DNA from: Cetorhinus maximus
Taxonomy: Eukaryota
Assembly: GCF_964194155.1 (NCBI RefSeq)
Contig: NC_135879.1
Span: forward strand, 130,572,001 to 130,636,000
Length of the DNA: 64,000 nt
Direction of reading: 5' to 3'
Part shown: piece after piece, positions 11,576-26,010 of the stretch
How the letters are laid out: every line of letters starts with the position of its first letter
Numbering within the stretch: position 1 is the stretch's first letter
Translations under genes and position numbers: made by a program
Notes under the pieces: generated by a model
Databases searched by the model: none
What the model saw: only the letters and a program-made list of their open reading frames with translations
What the model was told of the DNA's origin: nothing

Positions 11576-13499
11576 CTTCTTCCCTAGGTTCCATAAGAGT
11601 TTTTTATATCCAATTAAAAATCAGATGAGGCATCAGTTTAATATCTTATCTCAAAGAAAGCACCTTTCCAAAGCAGTTCTCCCTCAGTGGTACATTGTTG
11701 GTCTGAATTATGCATTCAAGTCCTGGAGTGTGACTTAAATCCACAGCCTTCTAACTCAAAGGCAGCAGTGTTACTAAATGAACCAAACTGACACCATGTA
11801 AAGAGTTTGAGAATTCAGGGAAGTGGTACCTGAGGTGCCATCATCAACAGAGTAGAAGATGGGAAACCACGGTAGACCCAAGTCAGAAGAACAGAACTGT
11901 GATGGACTGTAAGACTGGAGGAGTTTGCAGGCGTAGGGTGGAAAGCAGGTATGGAGGGATTTGAAACAAGAATGAGGAAGGAAAAAGTCTGATTCAATCT
12001 CCAGTCCATGCTGAATTAGCTGATCTTGCCCTCAATACACGACCCACTTTTTATTAATAATGTCAGGATGAAAAGATCACATCTAGTGTCCATCCCGAAG
12101 TGCTGTGAGAAGGTGCTATGGGGCCTTTCATTGAATTGCTGCAGTCCTTCTGGTGATAGCGTTCCCACAATAGTTAGGTAGAGAATTCCAGGACATTGAT
12201 GGAGCAACCACGAAAGAATGATGATATGCAGCTAAGTTAGTATGGTGTGTGATATGGACAGAACTTACAGGTATCTTTCTCAGTGATATATGTCACAGGA
12301 AAGGGAGATACTTGACGTAACCTTGATAATTTGTTGCAGTGCATTCTGTAGATCGCACATGTGATGGCCAGAAATTAAGTTCAGTGGCAGTGGCACCCAT
12401 CGAGCGAACTGTTCTTTCCTGCTGTTAATTGTTTTTTGTGGTGACACATGTCCAAGAAAGTGCTGTATTCCATCAAACTTCTGACTTGAGCCTTGCGGAT
12501 AGTTGAGAGGCTATAAGAGAACCACATATCACACATTGCCATGCTGTTGATTTGATTGGTCTAGTTCAACTTCTGGTCAATGGAGACCCCCGGGATATTT
12601 ATGGTGGAGGACTCAGACATGGTTGTGCCATTGAAGGGGGTGACTTCAATAGAAAGTAAAATTGGACTGCATGTTAAATGTGAGGCGGACTTAATCTTGA
12701 TAATTTCCTGCAGGGCAAACTAGGTTTAAATTATAACCCCCTCCCCGCCATTTCTGTTCCTCTCTGTAGTCCATGTGGCCAATCATCTGTGATCAGCTGA
12801 CTCAATACAGATCAGCAATTTACCTGACGCCTACCTACTGCATACCCACCCCCATCACCACACCACCAACCCCCCACCCCCACCTCCCCACTGAGCTGGC
12901 TCAATACTACACCATCTGGTGCACAAAAGCCACCTTTAATTGTAACTACCTTTAATTGTAACAATATTTTGAACAACTTAAATATTCCTGCCACCACAGT
13001 TTAAGGCAGCAAATGCACTAATAATTTCTTTCAAACATATTGTATTGGACAGGAGCTAATATTCTCAGCACATATGGTGCTGTCAAAATATTGTTGGAAA
13101 TTGATGGAAAGGGCAAAACCTTTGGGTGCATTTGCTGAAGATCCATATGGAGAAACAAGAGACACAAAGATATTTTCCATTATCCTGTGATCATGTTCAC
13201 TTGCACACTCTTGTTTCACATAGCCCATTGTTTTTCATTCTTGTAGCATTCAGTAACTGCGAAACTCATTGACTGGGTAAGAAGTTATGCAAAAAACCTA
13301 CACTTGTATGTAACAGCAGGTATGCAGTGATCTAACTATGTTTCACTAACTGAACTGCATTCAACATTAGTCGCCCTTTTAGTTTGAACTGCAGTACTGC
13401 ACCACCTAGTGACCAGACGTGTAAATACCAAGCACCTCAGGAGAAAAACTCACACATTCAGTGTAGGCGACACAGTATTCATGCAAAATTTCGGATGTG

Positions 13500-14174
13500 G
13501 GCCTTGTTGAGTTCCTGGAACTAATGTCTCAGAGACTGGTCCGTTATCTTTCCAAGTACAGGTAGAAGGTAGAATTGTCCATAAGCATGTAAATCATATT
13601 CATGTTAGAGAGACATTCCAACAACTAACTATTCCGCCTGTGATTAACGTTGAACTGTCAATTCCTGAGGTGACAGACCGACCTAGAATAGACATGCCCA
13701 ATATTTCTGTATAGTTACCAAACCCTGAACTGCCATTTTCTAATGATGTGCCTCATGCTGCAGTTCCAGACCCTGTCGATCCTGTTGTGGAACCTCAAGT
13801 GGTAGAGCTACACCACTCTAGCCATATAAGTAGAGCACCACAGAAACTTGATCTTTACTTACCTGAAGTTGTACTTATGTATATATTGTTGGATATTTAA
13901 TGTTTCCCTGTAACTAGAAATTGTAAAAAAAAAACTAAAGGGGGAGGAAATGCAGTAACTTTGGGTATAGCCTTTTCTGCTGTCTATCAGGGGTCACGTG
14001 ATGTTCTGGAAGGCTCCAGTCAACGAGCCCCAAGCGCGGGTAATCCAGGGGTGGGGGGGGGGCGCTTCCTGACAAGAGTCCTAGTCTAGCATATGGCACC
14101 TGAAATGCTCCCTGAAATAAAGTTTAAAGTTATCTGTTTCTTGTTGAAACCTGCCTGCTCCATCAAGTCATTAC
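13500..14174 (+). mobile_element. Gypsy LTR-retrotransposon relic (integrase tail, PPT, 3' LTR)
   Basis: GPLSFQVQVEGRIVHKHVNH-like integrase C-terminus (~13538-13600), polypurine aaagggggaggaaa (~13937-13950), then a TG...CA LTR (~13951-14174) with AATAAA. Confidence 0.6.
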
Positions 14175-14450
14175 AGTTACCTCTTCAAAAAACTCCAGCA
14201 AGTTAGTTAAACACAATTTCCCCTTTAGAAATCCATACTGGCTCTTCCTAATCAACCCACATTTTTCCATGTGACTACTAATTCTATCCCAAATACTTGC
14301 TCCTTATCAATTTTGAACCCTTCTAGTGACAGAGTTTCCTCCTTTGTCACTGTGGCCTTGGTAGCTTGGGCTTCCTTGTTAAAGACAGATGTAAAGTATT
14401 CATTTAACACCTCAGCCACGCCCCCTGCCTCCACATGTTTAAGAATCTCC
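14175..14450 (-). mobile_element. CR1 fragment
   Basis: AEVLNEYFTSVF ORF 14252-14452. Confidence 0.75.
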
Positions 14451-14869
14451 AATCTAAGCTATTGAGAAATCCAGACAGGTAGAGTTTCTGTTTGCTTTTG
14501 TGGAATATTAAACTCTCCACTTGCAGGGCCACACCTCGTGCTCCCAAGTACTGAAAGTTTAAATGCAGTTTAGTCAAAAAACAAGGTTTAGGAACCCCCA
14601 AGTGTAGGAAGGGTTACGGCTGGAAAGTCATACCATTCACTGGCACAAAGCATAAGCCTCCTGCTACCTGCCTGTAGACAAAGCCATCCTGCCCATTGAG
14701 ACATTAGCTAGCAAAGTTATCCGAGTGGGTAAAATCACAGCCTCAGTGACAGGTCTAACCCACCAAGTCCCATCATGAACCAAGATCATTGGAGTATTAC
14801 AGCCCTGCCAGCCTTGGGTCTACCACAGAAGATTGATTTAGTTCTAACCTTCATGTCCAATGGGGCCCC

Positions 14870-15192
14870 ACTGCAGAAACTCACCAAAGTTCCTTAGACA
14901 GCACCTTCCAAACCTAAGGCCACTACCATCTAGAAGGACAAGGGCAGCACCTGGAAGTTCCCCTCCAAACCACACACCACTCTGACTTGGAACTATATCG
15001 CCGTTCCTTCACTGTTGCTGGGTCAAAACCCTGGAAATCCCTTCCTAACAGCATTGTGGGTGTACCTACACCACATGGACTATAGCGGTTCAAGAAGGCA
15101 GCTCACCACCACCTTCTCAAGGACAATTAGGGGTGGGCAACAAATGCTGGCCCAGCCAGCAACGCCCGCATCCCTTGAATGAATAAAAAAAA
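14870..15192 (+). mobile_element. RTE/RTEX-like LINE 3' end
   Basis: Same 3' end as 18860-19190 (caccaccaccttctcaagg.caattaggg.tgggcaa.aaatgctggcccagccagc...gaatgaataaaaaaa). Confidence 0.85.
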
Positions 15193-16199
15193 CTTGCTCC
15201 GCCACAGGAAGATAGCTGGCCAGTCACTGAAATTTTTTTTAAAAATTAGAAATACAAAGCAGATCAACAAGCACCTGAAATAGAAAGACAGGTGAAAATT
15301 TTAAGTTTAACAGTAACAAGCTTTAGACAACAAGAATATATTCTTCTTCAGTTCTTTACCCAAAAGCAGATCTGACCCATAGCACCAGGAATAGGGCAAG
15401 GATGCAGGTCCCAAATCCTCTCCAGCCAGAATGGGGATTGAACTCAATGCTGTTGGCACCAAACTAATCTATACCAGCCATCCAGCCAACTGGCCCCCCC
15501 AAGAAGTTTGAGTTGCTATGGCAACATACACTTTTACATACATGTTGTAGTCCTGGAGCTATGAATAATGATAGTAGAATCTCCAATTTTGTTCCATCAC
15601 ATGGCTGACCAGGAATCTCTCCCACTCTTACTGCCTGCCATTGGCATGTGTTGGAAGGACTAACAAACTGATACTCAATCTGTTTGGCTGCGTTATGAAT
15701 GCAACTTCTTTGACCACTAAGTCTTGGGGAGGGAGATGAACCTACAGTGTCTGGCTTGGAGGCAGGGACAGTACGCAGTGCACTACAAAATCTCCAACTA
15801 AGGAATGTATAAAGGAAACAAAATTGAAGTTAAGAAAATAAATATTAAATGGAATCAAGGTTCAGAGTCTAGTTCTTATCAGATGTAGCTTGGATGAGAG
15901 TTAACTAAACTCATTAAAATTTAATGGATGGATTTGAATGCTAAAATGTCATGGACAGGAAGCTGGAGCCAGCAACATGTGAAACCTGCAATCTTTCTAT
16001 AAGGCTATAATGTTGCACGTATTATACAATAAAAACAAGGCCACTCAAATATTGACATGTTAGTCTTATGTTGCACAGTTGTAATTAAGTATTCAGAAAC
16101 ACCCTGATGACTCAGTAAAAGAATGAAGACAAGTGGACTTGAAGTGCACAAGTCTAATCACTCATTTGTACTGACATCATCTGAAAAGATAACATCAGG

Positions 16200-17730
16200 T
16201 ATGTTGACAACATCAAGATCTATCTCACTATTACCCCTCTTGACCCCTCTGCTGTCTCAGATTTGTCTCAGTTTGTACAAAACTGGATGAGTGGAAATTT
16301 TCTCCAACTAAATATTGGGAAGACCAAAGCCACTGTCTTTTGGCCCTGCCACAAACTCCGTTCCTTAACCACTGATTCCGGCCCTCTCCCACGCCCCTGT
16401 CTAAAGCTGAAACAGACTGTTTGCAACTTGCTTTCCTGTTTGATCTTAACTGAGTTTCCAACCCCATGGGGAGAATTTTCTGCCTGTCGAGCGGGCCGGT
16501 CGGGAGCGGTGGTGGAGCCGATTGCCGCCCGCGATTGGCTGCGCGCTGCTATTTTACGTGGGTGGGCCAATTAAGGCCGGAAAAGCGCAGAAAACTCCCT
16601 GACCCACGGAGCTGCCTCAAGGAGATGAAGTTCAGATTGAAATATTTTAATAAAGACAGGTCAAACTTATTTACACATGTCCCCTCATGTGACAGTGTCA
16701 CATGAGCTGGGACATATTTGTCAATTTATCAGAATGTATTTATTTATTTAATAAAACCTTCAGGAAACCTCATCCCACCTGTGGATGAGGTTTCCTGAAA
16801 AACGGAAGGCTGCTTGGGATCTTCGCCTGCCCGCCAACCTTAAGGTTGGACGGGCAGTGTTGATAAGTGCTTTAATTGGTTTTTTAATGGCATTAATAGG
16901 CCGTTGACAGTTCAGCGGGGATGCAGCCACCTCCGGCGCGCACCTGCTGAATGTAATATCTAAATGACGTGTAATGATGTTGGGACGCACGCCCGACGTC
17001 ACCGCGCGTCATTTTACGTGTTGACATGTCGGGCCCGCCCCTGCATGCCGACGTCAAAATTCTGGCCCATATCTACTACCTCATCAAAACTGTCTACTTT
17101 CACCTCCAAAACCAGCATCTGTCTTCGCCCCTGCCTCAGCTTATCTGACGCTGAAATCCTTAACCATGCCTTTGTTAGGTCTAGACTCAGCTATTCCAAT
17201 ATTCTCCTGAGCGGCCGCCATTTTATATCCTCAGTATATTTGAGCTCATCCAAAATTCTCCAGTCAGTGTCCTACCTTTAACAACAAATTCGATTTACCT
17301 ATCACCGCTGTGCTCGATGACATACATTGGCTCCCAGTCTGGCAATGCCTTGTTTTTAAAATTCTCATCCTACTTTTCAAATCCCTCCAAGGCCTCATCC
17401 AACCCTATCTTTGTAACCTCCTCCAGCCTTACAACCCTACAATATCTCTGCACTCCTCCAATCCTGGTCTCTATACATCCCAATTTTCATTGCTCCTTAT
17501 TGGCAGTCGTGCCTTTAGCTGCCAAAGTCCCTAAGCTCTGGAATTCCCTCCTTGACCATCTCAACATTTTCTCCTCTACGACATCCCTTAAAACTATCCT
17601 CTATGGCAAGCTTTTGGTCAACTGTCCTACCATGACTTGATATCAAATTTTGCTTGCAAATGCTCTTGTGCATTGCCTTGGGCTGTTTTACTACATTGAA
17701 GACACAATTTAAGTGCAAGTTCATGTTGCT
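16200..17730 (+). mobile_element. L2-like LINE 3' part, interrupted by a MITE
   Basis: WMSGNFLQLNIGKTKA, AFVRSRLSYSN and HWLPV..FKILIL motifs typical of L2 ORF2. Confidence 0.75.
16468..17067. mobile_element. PIF/Harbinger-type MITE (family of 4076-4780)
   Basis: TIRs GGGGAGAATTTT ... AAAATTCTGGCC, TSD CAT (16465-16467 and 17068-17070). Confidence 0.85.
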
Positions 17731-18329
17731 AAGTTACCTTACCTCAGCTGTGGCAGCATGGAATCTCTGAAATGCCTTTTCCCCCTGATCTAGGGAGGTT
17801 TTCTGACCACTGTACTGTGGATAGTGCTCAGGCAGGTATTTGATGACGACAGCATTGAACTTGGCTGTAGGCCTTCCACAATTAAATACTTTTCTGGCAC
17901 TTGGGGCTAGATTTTTCTCTTTGATCATTTTACCAACAGGTATTCATCCTGCCAGTGTTACATCACCATGACCCTGTCCAATTTTCCTCAGAGTGCCTTC
18001 ATTAAAAGCTATTAGCACCCACTATAAGCAGCCCCCCTCTGGCAGGGAAGGACCAAAATGGGATATTGTTGCATAAATGAAGCAACTGCAGCAACTTGAA
18101 GCAGCAATCTTTTCCAAGCAATGCAATGTCCGTCATTCATTACTGTTCAGGGCAGCAAGTCTCCACATTACACTCTTTTCAGTTGATTTGCCGTTGTCCA
18201 AAACCTGGAAAGGAGATCGATTTGGCCCCAAAGGAAGAAGGCCCATAAAAGGGCATGATCCAGACTTAGAGAAAGAAGATGACCAGAAAAAGTTAGCAAG
18301 CCCACTAATAGATACTCCTCAGCTACTGA

Positions 18330-19190
18330 AGGAGTCCACGTCCAAATGCAGCAAGACCTGGACAATATCCAGGCTTGGGCTGACAAGTGGCAAGTAACAT
18401 TTGTGCCACACAAGTGTAAGGCAATGACCATCTCCTACAAGAGAGAATCTGACCATCATCCCTTGATGTGCAATGGCATTACCATCACTGAATCCTCCAC
18501 TATCAACATCCTGGGGGTTACCACTGACCAGAAACTGAACTGGACTAGCCATATAAATATTGTTCATTGTTTATATATATTGTATAAATAAGAGCAGGTC
18601 AGAGGCTAGGAATTGTGCGACGAGTAACCCACCTCCTGACTCCCCAAAGCCTGTCCACCATCTACAAGGCACAAGTCAAGAGTGTGATGGAATACTCCCC
18701 ACTTGCCTGGATGAGTGCAGCTCCTACAACACTGAAGAAGCTGGACACCGTCCAGGACAAAGTAGTCCATTTGATTGGCACCATATCCACAAACATTCAC
18801 TCCCTCCCCCACAGATGCACAGTGGCAGCAGTGTGTACCATCTACAAGATGCACTGCAGGAATTCACTAAGGCTCCTTAGACAGCACCTTCCAAACCCAC
18901 AACCAGTACCATCTGGAAGGACAAGGGCAGCAGATACATGGGAACATCACCACCTGGAAGTTCCCCTCCAAGTCACTCACCATCCTGACTTGGAAATATA
19001 TCACCGTTCCTTCACTGTCGCTGGGTCAAAATTCTGGGACTCCCTTCCTTACAGCACTGTGGGTGTACCCACACCACATGGACTGCAGCGATTCAAGAAG
19101 GCAGCTCACCACCACCTTCTCAAGGGCAACTAGGGATGGGCAATAAAAATGCTGGCCCAGCCAGTGACACCCACATCCCTTGAATTATTT
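18330..19190 (+). mobile_element. RTE/RTEX-like LINE 3' fragment (RT C-terminus + tail)
   Basis: ORFs 18346-18591 (QQDLDNIQAWADKWQVTF) and 18615-19133 (IYKAQVKSVMEY...WDSLP...HHHLLKGN*). Confidence 0.9.
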
Positions 19191-19321
19191 TTTTTTAAAT
19201 GTGTTGTATCCCCTGAGCCTTCTCATCTCCCACAGCAAAGGAACAGGAGATGCCTGAGAGAAATCCCATTGTTTCTGAAGTAGCACAAATCAGCAATATT
19301 CCCCACCCCAGAAAAGATATT

Positions 19322-19960
19322 GGCCAGAATTTTATGTTGATCAGGCGGGCGTACGATGTCATCGTGCACAAGAGCAATATTGAGGCTGGTGGGCACATGC
19401 GGGAGTCAGGGACGCGCCCGCCAACAATTAAAGGGCCAATTAAGGCCATTAAAAACCCTATTGTCCACGATTTTACATTGCCCGTGTGATGACTGCTCCT
19501 CGCACTGGCAAAATGGGCAGGCGGGCAGCCCGTTTTTAACAAAACCTCACCCAAGGGTGGGATGAAATGTCCGGGGTGAAACATAATAACAAAAGATATC
19601 TGGGGGCTGATATTTTTTGAGTTTCTGTGAGGTGCTTGAATGTGTTGCATAGACACAGTTTGGTGCATTTTTTTCTTGTCATTTAACCTGCCCAGGTCTG
19701 CAGCTCCCTGAGGCAGCTCCGCAGCAGCTGTCTGCCTTCAGGGAGCTCGCTAGAGGCGCCCACCTGCACCCTCACTTTTGTCAGCGCCCGCCCTCTTCCC
19801 ACACCCCCCACCCCCCGCCCGGCAGGCCTGAGGCTTTCTCAGCGCACGTTTCACACTGGCTGACTGTTAGTTGACCAGTCAGCGTGAAATAATGCTCAGG
19901 GGCCGATCGCGGGCAGGAGCGCATTCTGCTTCCGGGCCTACCAAGCATGAAATTCAGACC
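19322..19960. mobile_element. PIF/Harbinger-type MITE (related subfamily, opposite orientation)
   Basis: TIRs GGCCAGAATTTT ... GAAATTCAGACC, TSD ATT (19319-19321 and 19961-19963). Confidence 0.8.
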
Positions 19961-20714
19961 ATTGTTTTAAAACTAATGAATCTCTCAACAAAGGGGTCTT
20001 AAAATTAAAGGGAAGAGCAACCAAAAGGAAAATATGAAAATATAAATTAAGCAAGGGATATAGAAGGTGAACATGAGATTACTGTGCTTCTCGCTTTACT
20101 ATGTTCCTGGTTTGATACGGTGGTTACCTGGTTCATGCCACTATCCTAAATGAATGCCTGTGGCTCATCTCCCAGGAACACTTGGATAGAAGAGGCATTT
20201 GTGGTTGCTTTTTGGTAGTCCACAGGCAGAAAGGTAGTTAAGGTCAGCACTAAAAAGGAGTTTGCTCCAACCTTCAATTCCAAATATTGGATAAGTCCTG
20301 GAATACAAACCTGGAACATGGTAAGGTGAGAAGCGCATCAATCTCTCACTCATCTGCTAGTTCTATTGCTGATTTTACATTTGTATATTTTCTCTCGTTT
20401 CCCCTTTGCTCTCTGCATGTTTGAGTCCATGAATCTGTATGCCAGCACCAGTAGCTGACTTCAGAAAAAGAGGAAAGAGCATTGGAGAGAATGAAAAGAA
20501 TCCAAGAAGATAATGTTGCCAGACTGCCAGGTTTCACTCATTAGGAGTAATTGTCACGCAATGTCATTACAATGTTTTGATGTACCATATATACCATGAA
20601 GGGGCTGATCCCACAAGCCAGCTCTCCCAGTGGATAGTAGTATTATTAGAAAGCACATGCTGAGAGATGATAAACTTTCAGCCTGTGATTTCCCAAGGTG
20701 TTAGGATCACTGAT

Positions 20715-21193
20715 CATAGAATCATAGAATGGTTACAGCACAGAAGGAGGCCACTTGACCCACTGTGTCTACATCGGCTCCCTGTAAGAGCAATTCATCT
20801 AGTGACTCCCCTGGCTTTTTCCCATAGCCCTGCAAATTTTTCCTCTTCAGATAATGATCCAATTCTGTTTTGAAAGCTATGATTGAATCTGCTTTCACCA
20901 AACTCTCAGGCAGTGCATTCCAAATCCGAAGTGCTTGCTGCGTGAAAAATATTTTCCTCATGTCGCTGTTGCTTCTTTAGTCTATCGCCTTAAATCGGTG
21001 TCCTTTGGTTCTCGATCCTTCCACCATTGGGAAGTTTTTCCCTATCTACTCTGCCTGGGCTCATGATTTTATACATTTCTATCAAATCTCAACCCACCCT
21101 CTCTTCTCTAAGGAAAACAGCTCTAACTTTTCCAATCTATCAACATAACTGAAGTTCCTCATCCTTGGAACCATTCTCCTGAGTCTTTACTGC
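20715..21193 (-). mobile_element. CR1 3' fragment ((ATTCTATG)n-tailed subfamily)
   Basis: catagaatcatagaat tail; ORF FFTQQALRIWNALPE...FKTELD. Confidence 0.85.
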
Positions 21194-22640
21194 ATAAGAA
21201 CATAAAAACATAAGAACTAGGAGCAGGAGTAGGCAATTCAGCCCCTCGAGCCTGCCCCACCATTCATTACAATCGTGGCTGATCTCATTTCGGCCTCAAA
21301 TCCAATTTCCCGCCCTCTCCCTATAACCTTTCAACCCATTACTAATTAAAAATCCATCTATCTCCTTAAATTTATTCAGTGTCCCGGCATCCACTTCACT
21401 CTGAGGTAGTGAATTCCACAGATTCACGACCCTTTGAGAAAAGTAATTCCTCCTCATCTCTGCTTTAAATCTACCGCCCCTTAGCCTAAAACTATGGCCT
21501 CTCGTTCTAGAATGCCCCAGAAGGGGAAACATCTGCTCCACGTCTACTTTGTCTATCCCCTTTAGCATCTTATATACCTCAATTAGATCTCCTCTCATCC
21601 TTCTAAACTCTAGCGAGTATAGGCCTAAACTGCTCAATCTCTCCTCATAAGACAAGCCCCGCATCTCTAGAATCAATCTAGTGAACCTCCTATGAACCGC
21701 CTCCAGTGCAACTACATCCTTCCTCAAGTAAGGGGACCAAAACTGTGCACAGTATTCCAGGTGTGGTCTCACCAATGCCTTGTACAGTTGCAACAACACT
21801 TCCCTATTTTTATACTCTATTCCTTTAGCAATAAATGCCAAAATTCCATTTGCCTTCCTTATTACCTGCTGTACCTGCATACTAGCTTTCAGTGATTCAT
21901 GCACGAGGACACCCAGATCCCTCTGCAATGAAGCATTCTGAAGTTTCTCTCCATTTAAATAATAAGTCGCCTTTTTATTCTTCCGACCAAAATGGATAAC
22001 CTCACATTTATCCATGTTAAACTCCATCTGCCAAATTTTGGCCCATTCATCTAACCTGTCCATATCCATTTGTAAATTTCTTATTTTTTCATTGCAACTT
22101 ACTTTCCCACCTATTTTGGTGTCATCTGCAAATTTAGCTATAGTACCTTCTATTCCTGAATCCAAGCCATTAATATAGATTGTAAATAGTTAGGGCCCAA
22201 GGACCGAACCCTGTGGCACCCCACTAGTTACAGCTTGCCATCCAGAAAAAGACCCATTTATCCCGACTCTCTGCTTTCTGTTGGTTAGCCAATCCTCTAT
22301 CCAAACTAATATATTACCCCTAACTCCGGGTGATCTTATCTTGTGTATTAATCTTTTGTGCGGCACCTTATCAAAGGCCTTCTGGAAGCCCAGATATACT
22401 ACATCTACAGGATCCCCATTATCCACTTTGCTTGTCACATCTTCAAAGAGCTCTAGCAAATTAGTCAAACACGATTTACTCTTCATAAAACCATGCTGAC
22501 TCTGATGGATTGCATTTTGACTTTCCAAATGCCCCATTACTACTTCCTTAATAATGGATTCCAACAATTTCCCAATGACAGACATTAAACTAACTGGTCT
22601 ATAATTTCCTACTTTCTGCCTCCCCCACTTTTTGAATAAC
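21194..22640 (-). mobile_element. Relatively young CR1 LINE, 5'-truncated (RT domain)
   Basis: ORFs 22190-22585 (QHGF..SGVPQGSVLGP) and 21296-22165 (KFADDTK..YKALVRPHLEY..WNSLP); cataagaa tail repeats. Confidence 0.95.
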
Positions 22641-22761
22641 TCTCTATGCCTTCACGTCCTTCCTACAACCATACAATTGCTACCATAGGCGTCCGAGGTG
22701 GATATTTGCATACTGGCATATATTTGTGACAATATTATACATTGCCCTAAAGAACAATCAT

Positions 22762-22958
22762 GGGCTGGATTTCATGAGGGGGTGGCCTGCTCGCCCTCCC
22801 TTCCCCACAACCCCCACACCCCCACATATTATGGGGAACAGGTCAGAGCTGGGTGAGAAGGTGGTGGGGTGGGCACCTGACATACTTTATATGCCCCGCC
22901 CAACCGAAAACACACCCAGCGGGGGTGGTGGGGGAGGTGGGGGCATAAAATCCAGCCC
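22762..22958. mobile_element. Short Harbinger-type MITE
   Basis: TIRs GGGCTGGATTTCATG ... CATAAAATCCAGCCC; TSD cat/cac. Confidence 0.75.
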
Positions 22959-23048
22959 CACAGCTCCATATATTTAAAATGAGTCTTGAATCTCTAGTCA
23001 GATTTGCTATTGTTAGCAGCTCAATATTGTATTGTTTTCTTCTTGCAG

Positions 23049-23553
23049 GCACATGCAACGGTCTGGCACACTTATGACAGGCAATTTCGCAATTTGCAGA
23101 AAGGCCTCGTGTCCATAGTATTGGGCTCCCATTGGATTGAACCAAAGAATAACAGCTTCAACTATAAAAGCTTCCAGTTGTCCATGGACCTGGTGCTCGG
23201 GTGGTTTGCCAAACCAATCTTTGTGGATGGTGACTACCCTGACAGCTTGAAAGCACAAATCAACCCGCCTTTACCTACATTCACTGAAAAAGAAAAGAGT
23301 TTCATCAACAGAACTGCAGATTTCTTTGCATTTTCTTTTGGTCCAAATATCTTTCGAACACTGCAACACCATCTCAAACTTAGAGATTGCGTGTCTCTCC
23401 ATCTGGGGCGGGTCCTGACCTGGATAAAGCTGGAATACAACAACCCCAGGATCTTAATTGCAGAGAATGGATGGTTTTCTGATAGCCATATTAAAACAGA
23501 AGACACCATTGCTATTTACCTTATGAAAAAATTCATAAATGAGTTGTTAAAAG
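23049..23553 (+). CDS. KLB: Beta-klotho coding exon 2
   Basis: Acceptor ttcttgcag|GCA; AHATVWHTYD..LGSHWIEP..LGWFAKPI..DGDYP..TADFFAFSFGP..LEYNNPRILIAENGW; donor AAAG|GTGAG (phase 1). Confidence 0.95.
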
Positions 23554-23680
23554 GTGAGCATATTTTAGTGTTAATATCGCTATATCCAATAGTCAATAGG
23601 CTACCTTGTCATTTTTACCTCTAATTAATGACCAAAGCTAAATTATAGCTGTTGATATTGTGTAAGAATATTACTATAAT

Positions 23681-24030
23681 AGAAGTAAAATACTGCGGAT
23701 GCTGGAGACCTGAAATAAAAACAAAAAGTGCTGGAAAAACTCAATAGGTCTGGCAGCACCTCTGGCGAGAGAAACAGAGTTAACATTTCAAGTTCAATAT
23801 GTCTCTACTTCAGAACTGAAGAGAGGTAGGAGTGTGATGGGTTTTATGCTGTTGAAAAAGGGGGAATAACAGAAAAAGAGGTCAGGGATAGGTTAGAGGA
23901 CAGGAGAGATTAAATGACAATGGTGTCATGGAACCAAAGACAAAGGGAGTGGCAATGATAGTACTAAAGAAACAAATGATTGATCCAGAGTAGGTGTGAA
24001 TAGCAGAATAAAGGCCAGCACTACTTTGTT
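23681..24030 (-). mobile_element. Penelope pLTR fragment
   Basis: aaaatactgcggatgctgga...ctggaaaaactcaataggtctggcagca matches the PLE terminus; degenerate hammerhead at ~23778-23817. Confidence 0.75.
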
Positions 24031-24467
24031 GTGGAAACAGGGTTGAAACGTCACTCAAACTTCTACACAAATTAGTCTTCGCAGAATAGTTTTGGATCAT
24101 ATGGTGAGCAAAACTGGGAGTAGAGGATGTAGTGAATGTTGCAGTGAATTGGTGCATTATCCTTTCACTTCTGGGTCTGTCTCTTCACGACATGCATTCT
24201 CTGTGAAATACGTTTGGGCAGTCTTAACCCAGTTGCTAACGGTTGTTGGCCCACTCCATATAACTGCACCGCATTTGGCATTAACACTGGAAGATGCATA
24301 AGGATGGTTGCTGTGGGAATTGCTGAAGATGGGTTACTCTTCTGAGTTTGGAAACAAGGAGGCTGAAAATTCCCATCTCATCTCTGACAGTGGAAGTGTA
24401 GCAGAGTGGGAGCCACTGCCCTCTGCTCTAGAGCATTGAGGGTGGAGGGTCACTGAATTTACTTGGG

Positions 24468-26010
24468 TACATAAGAAAACATAAGCAATAGGAGCAGGAG
24501 TAGGTCATTGGTCCTTCGAGCTTGCTCTGCCATTATTATCATGGCTGATCTGAAAGTGGCCTTAACTCCACTTTCCAGCCTGCTCCCCCATAACCCTTGA
24601 CTCCCTTGTCAATCAAAAATCAGTCTAATTCAGCCTTGAATATATTCAATGACCCAGCCTCCACCGCTCGCAGGGGAAGAAACTTCCAAATACTAACAAC
24701 CCTCTCAGAGAAGAAATTCCTCCTCATCTTCGTCTTAAATGGGAGATCACTTATTTTGAAACTGTGCCTCCAAGTTCCAGATATCCACAGAAGGAGAAAC
24801 ATCCTCTCAGCATCTACCCTGTCAGGCCCCCTGAACATCTTATATGTTTTAATAAGGTCATCTGTCATTCTTCTAAACCCTATTGAATATAGGCCCAACC
24901 TACTCAACCCTTCCTCATAAGACAAACCTCTCATACCAGGAATCAGCCTATTGAACCTTCTCTGAACTGCTTTAATGCAAGTATATCCTTCCTAAAGTAA
25001 GGTGACCAAAACTGTACACTGTACTCCAAATGTGTTCTCACCAATGCCAGAACAATTGTAGCTAGACTTCCTCACTTTCATATTGCACCCCCTTGCAAGA
25101 AAGGCCAACATTCCATTCACTTTCCGAATACTTGCTGTTCCTGCATGCTGACTTTTTCTGATTCATGTACAAGGAAGCCTAGATCCCTCTGTACTGCAGC
25201 ATTCTGCCATCTCCCTCCATTTAAATAATATTCTGCTTTTCTATTATTCTTGCCAAATTGGACAACTTCACATTTTTCCACATTAAACTCCATTTGCCCA
25301 CTCACTTAACCTATCTACATCCCTTTGCAGACTCCATATCCTCCTCGCAATTCGTTTTCCTACCTATCTTCGTATCATCAGCAAATTTGGCTACAATACA
25401 GTCCAATCCCTTCATCCAAGTCACTAATATAGATTCTAAATAGTTGAGGCCCCAGTACCGATTCCTGTGGCACTCCACTAGTTACAGTTTTCCATCCTGA
25501 AAATGCCCCATTTATCCTGACTGTCTATTTCCTGTTAGCCAGTCCTCTATCCATACTAATATATCATGCCCAACACCATAAGCTCTTATGTAGTGACCTT
25601 TTATCTGGCACCTTATTGAATGTCTTTGAGAAAATCAAATACATTACTCTACAGGTTCCTCTTCATCCACCCTGCTTGTTACATCCTCAAAGAACTCTAA
25701 TAAATTTGTCAAACGTAATATTCCTTTCACAAAATCATGTTGACTCTGGCTGACGGTATTATGATTTTCTACCTCTTTGATAATGGATTCTAGCATTTTC
25801 CCAATGACAGACATTAAGCTGGCTGAAAGTCAGTCTCCTGCTTTGTGACTCCCTCCTTTCTTGAACAGAGGTGTTACATTTGCGGCATTCCAATCTGCAG
25901 GGAGCTTTCCAGAATCTAGGAAGTTGTGGAAGATTACAAGCAATGCATCCACTATCTCTCTACCACTTCTTTTAAGATCCTAGGATGCAAGTCATCAGGC
26001 CCATCCTTTA
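24468..26010 (-). mobile_element. CR1 LINE, 5'-truncated
   Basis: ORFs 24620-24934 and 25117-25305 with CR1 RT C-terminal motifs; cataagaa tail. Confidence 0.9.
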